The notes beneath the pieces are model-generated. The model made no database searches. It saw only the letters and a program-made list of their open reading frames with translations, and was not told the DNA's origin. Positions 1 through 6,823 of a stretch of 8,344 bases of DNA are shown here, one piece after another. Numbering within the stretch: the first letter of the stretch is position 1; every line of letters starts with the position of its first letter. The position numbers and the translations under genes were made by a program. The DNA lies in the NCBI RefSeq assembly GCF_006345805.1, contig NW_021828529.1:1-8344 (forward strand), in the 5' to 3' direction. This DNA comes from Octopus sinensis (taxonomy: Eukaryota).

Positions 1-22
1 GTATACACATATACATACATAC

Positions 23-131
23 ACCAAATTTCACTCACATGCTATTGGTCAGCTTGAGGCTATAGTAGAGGAGTGAACCTGAAACTCCTGGTTGTAAAGC
101 AGGCTGACGAAGCCACACAGCTATGCCAGCC
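23..131 (-). mobile_element. Degenerate 5' half of the tRNA-headed SINE (family A, OK/OR1-like) with an internal deletion
   Basis: The reverse complement reads GGCATAGCTGTGTGG...CAGGTTCACTC-CTCTACTATAGCCTCAAGCTGACCAATAGCATGTGAGTGAAATTTGGT. This aligns to the head of the copy at 1926-2062 but lacks the CCACTGCGTGGCATCTTGGGCAAGTG segment. Confidence 0.7.
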
Positions 132-352
132 TTAAATAATTATTAAGAGCCAGTGGGTTTGTTGTGACCATCCAGTGTAAGGCAGATACCCGGTTCAGTT
201 TCTGTTGAGGGCTCTATCCACTTTTTTCTCTCGAAAGTGCATTTTATCCAACATCTCATGAACAAGTTGCATATTTTAAATTTGTTTATGTTCGGAGCTT
301 TTTTTTTTAAAAAAGAATTGTTTTCAAGTTTATCCCTATCTTTGAACAAGCC

Positions 353-354
<2 letters not shown>

Positions 355-409
<55 letters not shown>

Positions 410-432
410 GCATGTACGCACACACACACACA
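355..432. repeat. (CA)26 plus (CA)7 microsatellite
   Basis: Read directly: 355-406 and 419-432. Confidence 0.97.
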
Positions 433-497
433 CTTTGTTTTTTGTAAAGCAGTGAGTCCAACAAAAAGTATTTTGTTTTGTTTGAGAACAGCAAGAT

Positions 498-558
498 ATG
501 CGTGCATGTATATATGTACATGCATGTATATATGTATATGTAAACACATCCATATATA

Positions 559-591
<33 letters not shown>

Positions 592-1025
592 TATATATAT
601 ATATATCTGTGTATATACACGTGTGTGTGTGTGTATATATACACACATTCATGTGCTTGTATGTATGTATATATATATATAAATATATATATCTGTGTGT
701 ATATACACGTGTGTATGTATATATACACACATTCATATATATATGTATGCATATATATATGTATGTATATATATATGTGTGTGTGTGTATGTATATGTAT
801 ATGTGCTTGTATGTATGTGTATGTATATATACACACATTCATATATATGTATATATGTATATATATGTGTGTATATATATGTATATGTGCTTGTATGTAT
901 GTATGTATGGTGTATATATATATGTGTGTGTGGTGTGTGTGTGTATGTATGTAGACATAAAATGCGCACAAAAGAATGTGATGCATGTGTGTATATATAT
1001 ATATATATGTGTGTGTATGAGTGTA
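498..1025. repeat. Compound (TA)n/(TG)n/(TATG)n microsatellite patchwork
   Basis: Near-continuous purine-pyrimidine alternation, with recurring sub-blocks ACACACATTCAT (641, 725, 831) and GTGCTTGTATGTAT (653, 803, 887). Confidence 0.95.
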
Positions 1026-1207
1026 TATCAGTCCCAGTATCATATTCAGACACTTGTTTCACTGTTATCAATTTCATGTATTTTAATGGAAGTTTTTTTT
1101 TTTTTTTTTCTACAGTTTTCCTTCCTTTCTTTTTCTCTTTTTATTTATTTACTTTTTCGGTGGGGGGGTGGGGGAGGGAGGTAGACCTAGAAAATTCAAC
1201 ACTTACA

Positions 1208-1439
1208 TGACCACCACCACCACCACCACTACCACTACCAAGGAAACATCACACCACAACTATGGCATGCATACCACTGTTATTCCACTACATCACAGCC
1301 GTTGCATCACTTCTCTGCCTCTACCATCAACTCCACCAATGCCACCACCACCACCACCACCACCTCCACCACTACCTCCACTGTCACCGCTGCCACCACC
1401 TCCATTGTCACCACGACCACTGGCCACTACCAGGTCTTA

Positions 1440-1472
<33 letters not shown>

Positions 1473-1766
1473 CATCATACTGCTACAACTACTACCACAC
1501 TACTGTGGCTATGACCACCACTACTGGGACCATCATCACTACCATCACTGCTACTACTATCATTACTACTACTACCTCAACCGTTACTTCTGCTACTACT
1601 GTATCATTACTACTACTACCTCAACCGTTACTTCTGCTACTACTGTATCTACAACTACCACAAATGCTACTACTACTACTACCACTACTACTACAGATAT
1701 CACTACCACTATCACTACTACTACTACTACTACTACCACTACTACTACAGATATCACTACCACTAC
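1208..1766. repeat. Cryptic (ACC/ACT/ATC)n trinucleotide tract with internal 44-bp and 54-bp duplications
   Basis: Read directly. Identical 44-mers at 1561-1604 and 1605-1648; CAGATATCACTACCACTA recurs at 1694 and 1748. Confidence 0.93.
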
Positions 1767-1870
1767 AGTTGATAATGTTTTGTCTGAAATACTTGTGCCT
1801 GGAAGTGTTTTGGATTTTCCAATGATTCTAGCTTGGAAGTGGGACCATTTGCATTTTATAATGCTGCTTG

Positions 1871-1925
1871 TACATGTATGTATGTGTGTATGTATATATA
1901 TATTATATATATATATATATATATA
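1871..1925. repeat. (TATG)/(TA)n microsatellite at the SINE 5' junction
   Basis: Read directly. Confidence 0.9.
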
Positions 1926-2332
1926 GGCGCAGGAGTGGCTGTGTGATAAGTAGCTTGCTAACCAACCACATGGTTCTGGGTTCAGTCCCACTGCGTGGCA
2001 TCTTGGGCAAGTGTCTTCTACTATAGCCTCAGGCCGATCAAAGCCTTGTGAGTGGATTTGGTAGACGAAAACTGAAAGAAGCCTGTCGTATATATGTATA
2101 TATATATATGTTTGCGTGTATGTTTGTGTGTCTGTGTTTGTCCCCCTAGCATTGCTTGACAACCGATGCTGGTGTGTTTATGTCCCCGTAACTTAGCGGT
2201 TCTGCAAAAGAGACCGATAGAATAAGTACTGGGCTTACAAAGAATAATTCCCGGGGTCGATTTGCTCGACTAAAGGCGGTGCTCCAGCATGGCCGCAGTC
2301 ACATGACTGAAACACGTAAAAGAGTAAAATAG
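1926..2332 (+). mobile_element. Full-length tRNA-derived SINE, family A (octopus OK/OR1-like), ~405 nt with an internal TA/TG microsatellite
   Basis: tRNA-like head with A and B boxes, body homologous to 5859-6236 and 2351-2584, and 3' end GGCGGTGCTCCAGCATGGCCGCAGTC...TGACTGAAAC followed by an AAAAGAGT-type tail. The family name is from recall, not from a search. Confidence 0.9.
1936..1989 (+). promoter_or_regulatory. Internal RNA Pol III type-2 promoter (A box and B box) of the SINE
   Basis: A-box-like TGGCTGTGTGA at 1936-1946 (consensus TRGCNNARYGG) and B-box-like GGTTCAGTCCC at 1979-1989 (consensus GGTTCRANNCC), at tRNA-like spacing. Confidence 0.65.
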
Positions 2333-2350
2333 TATATATGTATAAATATA

Positions 2351-2584
2351 TGTGTGTGTGTGTCTGTGTTTGTCCTCCCCCCACATCGCTTAACAACCGA
2401 TGTTGGTGTGTTTACGTCCCCGTAAATTAGTGGTTCGGCATAAGTGACCGATAGAATAAGTACTAGGCTTAGAAAGAATAAGTCCTGGGGTTGATTTGCT
2501 CGACTAAAGGCGGTGCTCCAGCATGGCCACAGTCAAATGACTGAAACAAGTAAGAAAGTAAAGGAGTAAAAGAGTGAGAGAGAG
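2351..2584 (+). mobile_element. 3' half of a family-A SINE directly behind the full copy
   Basis: Starts at the (TG)n tract and aligns to about 2110-2332 with many substitutions; ends in a GAGTAAA/GAGA tail. Confidence 0.9.
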
Positions 2585-2664
2585 ATTAATTCAAAACGAT
2601 GTGAATAAAAAAGTGTTACATTTGACAGAGAAATCTGAATGCTAGAGGGTTAAACTGAACAAAC

Positions 2665-2705
2665 AAAAGACAAAGTCTACACCAGCAAGATTTGAACTCT
2701 GAGCT
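2665..2705 (-). mobile_element. Short degenerate fragment of SINE family B (OR2-like), B-box region
   Basis: AAAAGACAAAGTCTACACCAGCAAGATTTGAACTCTGAGC resembles GAAAGGCAAAGTTGACCTCGGCGGAATTTGAACTCAGAAC at 6306-6345. Confidence 0.45.
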
Positions 2706-2725
2706 CAGATATTCACAGCAAATTA

Positions 2726-3124
2726 TGTTTCTCAGACTTGGTGTATCTAGGACTACACCATCAAAAGTGACTGTCTTTGTTTTGTTGCTGTTTTCAATCT
2801 CCAGCCAGCCATGGTCTATGAGACAGACGTATGCTCAAAGATACTCCAGTCGTGGCCATCCTGTTTATTTTTCAGGCATAGTTTACCAGGGACTACATCA
2901 TTAAATATACGTTCTTCATTGTTGTTAGCCCATGGCCATGAAACAAAATCTGATCCATGAAACCCATGGTGTACGACATTCCAGCAGTGACCATCCTGTA
3001 TTGTTTTTCTAAGACATAGCACATCTAGAACTACATTTATACAATTGATATTTTGGAATATTTAGCTGCCATTTCTAGCTAGTTAAGTAACTGTGTAGCA
3101 TAGCTCTTGTTTTTGAAGTGGTTT
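2726..3124 (+). repeat. Tandem-array block 1 (~2.2 units of ~138-140 bp plus terminal module); copy A of a ~400-bp duplication
   Basis: Unit marker GACTACA-like at 2751, 2891 and 3029. The block aligns to 4519-4915 with 19 substitutions and one 2-nt indel by my manual count. Confidence 0.92.
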
Positions 3125-3206
3125 ACTCTTTTACTCTTTTACTCTCTTACTTGTTTCAGTCATTTGACTGCGGCCATGCTGGAGCACCACCTTTAATCAA
3201 GCAACT
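3122..3206 (-). mobile_element. 5'-truncated 3' tail of a family-A SINE
   Basis: The reverse complement is AGTTGCTTGATTAAAGGTGGTGCTCCAGCATGGCCGCAGTCAAATGACTGAAACAAGTAAGAGAGTAAAAGAGTAAAAGAGTAAA, matching 6164-6236. Confidence 0.92.
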
Positions 3207-3524
3207 GGATTATACTGGGTGGCCAAAGATGACCACTCCTAAATATAACAGTTCTAATGATTATTTTCCCAATTTGTTACTTCCTTCTGGTTCCCCATAA
3301 CTGACATTGTTGACTTTTGTCTACTGAGGGGCAAAGGTCACTTCCTGTGTGTTTTAATTTTCTTTCTCTTTTTCTTTTCCAAGCTTTTGAACAGGTGTGT
3401 ATACAACCAGTTCTAATTATATACACACTGTATTTAAGATGTTAACCTTTTTATTGACCCTCAGCTGGTGGTCACCAGAAAACTGTGTTGTCAATGGCAA
3501 CAGTTTGTTTTGATATTGTCCCTT

Positions 3525-4041
3525 TGATGTTGCTGTCTGACCCAGGGCTGACCTGGGTCAGATAGACCTACAATCAAAGACACCCCAACAGTGACCATCC
3601 TGTCTCTTGTTTTCCTGCCTAGTGTATCTAATACTACATCATTATATGTGTATGGTTTTGTTGTCGTTGATTAATCCCCAAATCATTCATGGGCCATGAG
3701 ACAGATCAAGGATTGGAAGCTTTCCAACTGTGACCCTCCTGCCTTGTTTTTCAGACATAATGTAACTAGGACTACACCATCAAAAGTATCCCTTGTTGTT
3801 TAACCCTTGGTCTGCCCTGTTCCACGGGACAGATCTGTGATCTGAGACATTCCAGCTGTGGCCACTCTATCTTTTATTTTCAGGCATAGTGTATCTAAGA
3901 CTACATTATCAAATGTGATTTTCATTGTCGATTAGCCCCAAGCTGACCTTGGTCCATAAGACAGACCTATAATTGAAGAAACTGTCTCTTGTATTCAGGC
4001 ATAGTGCACCTAGGATTATCCATCAAATGTGATTGCTGTTG
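3525..4041 (+). repeat. Tandem-array block 2 (~4 diverged units of 115-138 bp)
   Basis: Recurring core GACATTCCAGCNGTGACCATCCTG...TTTTCAGRCATAGTGTATCTAGGACTACA...ATCAAA; markers at 3632, 3770, 3899 and 4014. Confidence 0.85.
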
Positions 4042-4243
4042 GGATCTTTTCCTTTTGATGGACGGAATTTTCTAGTTAACTAAACAATTTGAAACTTCGT
4101 ATATTGGTAGAATGTGTCAAAAGAAAACGTTATTTTCACTTGGCTTTTTTGAGAAAATTGTAATTTGTAAGTTTAACGTAGTTTAATTCTTCGAATTTTA
4201 ACCAATGAAATGCCAGCATTTGAGCTGAAATCATTTGCTGTGT
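4042..4243. mobile_element. Solo arm (one terminus only) of the foldback/MITE family seen at 5113-5508
   Basis: Begins GGATCTTTTCCTTTTGATGGACGG and matches the reverse complement of 5308-5508 over about 200 bp; no opposite terminus nearby. Confidence 0.92.
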
Positions 4244-4280
4244 TATCGATATTGATAAACAAACGAGAGACGCAGGCCGC

Positions 4281-4376
4281 ATACACACACACACACACAC
4301 ACACATATATTCAGATACATACACACGTACACTTGCACACACACTCTCTGTCACTCTCTCTCTCTCTCTGTCTCAA
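4281..4376. repeat. (CA)n/(CT)n compound microsatellite
   Basis: Read directly. Confidence 0.9.
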
Positions 4377-4380
4377 ACAC

Positions 4381-4915
4381 ATAATTGAAGAAACTGTCTC
4401 TTGTGTTCAGGCATAGTGCACCTTGGATTATCCATCAAATGTTGTTGTTGTTGTTTACCATCAGTTCGGCCCTGGATCATGAAATTTAGTCAAAGACATT
4501 GCGGTGACTGTTCTGCCTTGTTTCTCAGACTTGGTGTATCTAGGACTACACCATCAAAAGTGTCCTTCTTTGTTTTGTTGCTGTTTTCAATCTCCAGCCA
4601 CCCCTGGTCTATGAGACAGACGTATGGTCAAGGATACTCCAGTTCTGGTCATCCTGTTTATTTTTCAGGCATAGTTTACCATGGACTACATCATTAAATA
4701 TGTTCTTCATTGTTGTCAGCCCTCGGCCATGAAACAAAATCTGATCCATGAAACCCATGGTGTATGACATTCCAGCAGTGACCATCCTGCATTGTTTTTC
4801 TAAGACATAGCACATCTAGAACTACATTTATACAATTGATATTTTGGAATATTTAGCTGCTATTTCTAGCTAGTTAAGTAACTGTGTAGCATAGCTCATG
4901 TTTTTGCAGTGGTTT
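4381..4915 (+). repeat. Tandem-array block 3 (continuation of block 2) with terminal module; contains copy B (4519-4915) of the ~400-bp duplication
   Basis: Markers at 4426, 4544, 4684 and 4820. 4381-4453 repeats 3969-4041. Confidence 0.9.
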
Positions 4916-4987
4916 GAATTCTTCTTCCTGATATTTGAGTTGTGTGCTTGTGTGTGTAACTTTACACGGTTGCACTCATTCACATAA

Positions 4988-5036
4988 ACACACACACACA
5001 CACACACGCACACACCTAGAAATGTGATCACATTAG

Positions 5037-5067
<31 letters not shown>

Positions 5068-5110
5068 ATATCACTGTTACATCACTACCACTATCACCAT
5101 CATCATCATC
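4988..5110. repeat. (CA)n followed by (CAT)10 and a degenerate CAT/CAC tract
   Basis: CA at 4988-5015; (CAT)10 at 5038-5067. Confidence 0.92.
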
Positions 5111-5112
5111 CT

Positions 5113-5508
5113 GGATCTTTTCCGTTTGATGGACGGAATTTCTAGTTGACTAAACAATTTGAAACTCCGTATACTGGTAGAATGTGTCAAAAGAAAACAT
5201 TATTTTCACTTGGCTTTTTTGAGAAAATTGTAATTTGTAAGTTTAACGTAGTTTAATTCTTCAAATTTTAACCATACGTTGCAACAGGATGTTGTCTGAG
5301 TTTTTAGACGCAGCAAATGATTTGAGCTCAAATGCTGGCATTTCATTGGTTAAAATTCGAAGAATTAAACTACGTTAAACTTACAAATTACAATTTTCTC
5401 AAAAAAGCCAAGTGAAAATAATGTTTTCTTTTCACACATTCTACCAGTATACGAAGTTTCAAATTGCTTAGTTAACTAGAAATTCCGTCCATCAAAAGGA
5501 AAAGATCC
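5113..5508. mobile_element. Non-autonomous DNA transposon (MITE/foldback), 396 bp, 162-bp terminal inverted repeats, 8-bp TSD
   Basis: Arms 5113-5274 and 5347-5508 are reverse complements with 6 mismatches and no indels. Ends are GGATCTTTTCC...GGAAAAGATCC, and ATCATCCT flanks both sides (5105-5112, 5509-5516). Confidence 0.96.
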
Positions 5509-5523
5509 ATCATCCTTGTTCTC

Positions 5524-5596
5524 ATCGCCATTGCCAGGAATGCCTTGTTTCATCCTAAGTGTGCCCACTCAGGCTGGCCTGGGGCTAAACGGCAAT
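5524..5596 (-). repeat. Isolated inverted fragment of the ~135-bp array unit
   Basis: The reverse complement TTGCCGTTTAGCCCCAGGCCAGCCTGAGTGGGCACACTTAGGATGAAACAAGGCATTCCTGGCAATGGCGAT parallels the unit segment TTAGCCCCA...GACAGACCTAT...GACATTCCAGCNGTGACCAT. Confidence 0.55.
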
Positions 5597-5800
5597 AGCA
5601 TCAACAACACTTACATCATCATCATCATTGATCACTATTACATCTTACCCTTATCACCAACATCACAGCCTCAACTACATCACCGCCACCATCACCATCC
5701 TCATCCTCATTGCCACTAAGATCATCACTATCATTATCATTTCTATTAGGTGTTCTTGCACACACACACACACACACATTCCACCACCACCACCACCATA
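5597..5800. repeat. (CAT/CAC)n and (CA)n low-complexity tract
   Basis: Read directly. Confidence 0.88.
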
Positions 5801-5810
5801 ATCATTACCT

Positions 5811-5983
5811 ATTTCTTTATTACCCACAAGGGGCTAAACATAGAAGGGACAAACAAGAGGTTCAGTCCCACTGCGTGGCATCTTGGGCAAGTGTCTTCTA
5901 CTATAGGCTCAGGCTGACCAAAGCCTCGTGAGTGGATTTGGTAGACGGAAACTGAAAGAAGCCCGTCGTATATTATATATATC

Positions 5984-6031
<48 letters not shown>

Positions 6032-6398
6032 GGTTTGTGTGTCTGTGTTTGTCCCCCTAGCATTGCTTGACGACCGATGCTGGTGTGTTTTTGTCCCTGT
6101 TACTTAGCGGTTCGGCCTAATAGAATAAGTACTGGGCTTACAAAAGAATAAGTCCCAGGGTCAAGTTGCTCGATTAAAGGCGGTGCTCCAGCATGGCCGC
6201 AGTCAAATGACTGAAAGAAGTGAAAGAGTAAGAGTATAGGTATTAAGTTGATTACATTGATCCCCAGTGCGTAACTGGTACTTAATTTATCGACCTCGAA
6301 AGGATGAAAGGCAAAGTTGACCTCGGCGGAATTTGAACTCAGAACGTAGTGGCAGACGAAATACCGCTAAGCATTTCGCCCAGGGTGCTAACGATTCT
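5811..6398 (-). mobile_element. tRNA-derived SINE family B (OR2-like), split into 6238-6398 (head and body) and 5811-5857 (3' end) by a nested family-A insertion
   Basis: The reverse complement of 6238-6398 is AGAATCGTTAGCACC...GAGTTCAAATTCC (B box, plus-strand 6328-6340)...GCCTTTCATCCTTTCGAGGTCGATAAATTAAGTACCAG. Assigning 5811-5857 (reverse complement CTTGTTTGTCCCTTCTATGTTTAGCCCCTTGTGGGTAATAAAGAAAT) as its tail relies on my recall of the family consensus. Confidence 0.8.
5859..6236 (+). mobile_element. 5'-truncated family-A SINE starting at the B box, nested in the family-B SINE
   Basis: Starts GGTTCAGTCCC (equivalent to 1979) and aligns to 1979-2332, with a longer internal TA/TG tract and a small deletion near 6117. 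Confidence 0.93.
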
Positions 6399-6720
6399 TA
6401 CCATCACTATCACATCTTCACCAGCACCACTACCATCATCATCACCATCAACACAAGCCATCACTACCACCACCACCACCACCATCACAGTCACCATCAT
6501 CATCATTGCCACTATGATCATCATCATCATCATCATTTCCATTAATTATTCTTGCACACACACACACACACACACACATGGAACTCAATCACATACACAC
6601 ACACTTACATGCACACACATCACACTCACTTACACACACACACAGTCCACCACTACCTGTACAACCACCACCACCACCACCGCCACCACCACCACCACCA
6701 CCACCATCACCACCACCACC
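6399..6720. repeat. (CAT/CAC)n and (CA)n compound microsatellite
   Basis: Read directly. Confidence 0.92.
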
Positions 6721-6823
6721 GATACTGCTCTGCTCTCCCTAAATAGCAAGAATTACTCCAAAAGAGAGCAGCTGGGTTTTTAAGATCACTGCTTTCCACC
6801 CTTCCCCCACCCCCGCTACACCC

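Noticed and set aside
195-272. 25-aa minus-strand ORF MQLVHEMLDKMHFREKKVDRALNRN in unique sequence
   Set aside because: It looks protein-like, but the length is expected by chance, there are no convincing splice signals, and I recognise no homology.
1093-1115. Poly-T followed by CTACAG, acceptor-like
   Set aside because: It is followed by more pyrimidine tract and a G run, with no plausible exon or donor.
143-1210. Long ORFs on both strands (231, 235, 228 aa and others)
   Set aside because: They are translations of TA/TG/CA dinucleotide tracts (YI, HT, CV repeats), open only because the repeats lack stops.
1168-1926. Mucin-like, Pro/Thr/His-rich ORFs (252 and 187 aa)
   Set aside because: Trinucleotide microsatellite with a frame-breaking 44-bp duplication and no signal peptide or domain.
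1926-2000. tRNA gene
   Set aside because: A and B boxes are present but I see no clean cloverleaf, and the sequence continues into a repeated SINE body. The same applies to the head at 6320-6398.
2692-2904. ORF with a signal-peptide-like stretch (KVTVFVLLLFSISS), also open in the copy at 4401-4697
   Set aside because: It lies in the tandem repeat. Eleven substitutions give seven amino-acid changes in about 56 codons, so there is no sign of purifying selection, and the hydrophobicity comes from a TG-rich tract.
2726-4915. CRISPR-like or cassette-like array (conserved core plus variable part)
   Set aside because: Units are homologous along their whole length, 115-140 bp long and diverged. There are no identical short repeats, no unique spacers and no cas or integrase genes, and the context is eukaryotic.
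4042-5508. Composite 1.47-kb transposon bounded by the solo arm and the MITE right arm
   Set aside because: The flanks do not match (TGCTGTTG versus ATCATCCT), whereas 5113-5508 has a perfect TSD.
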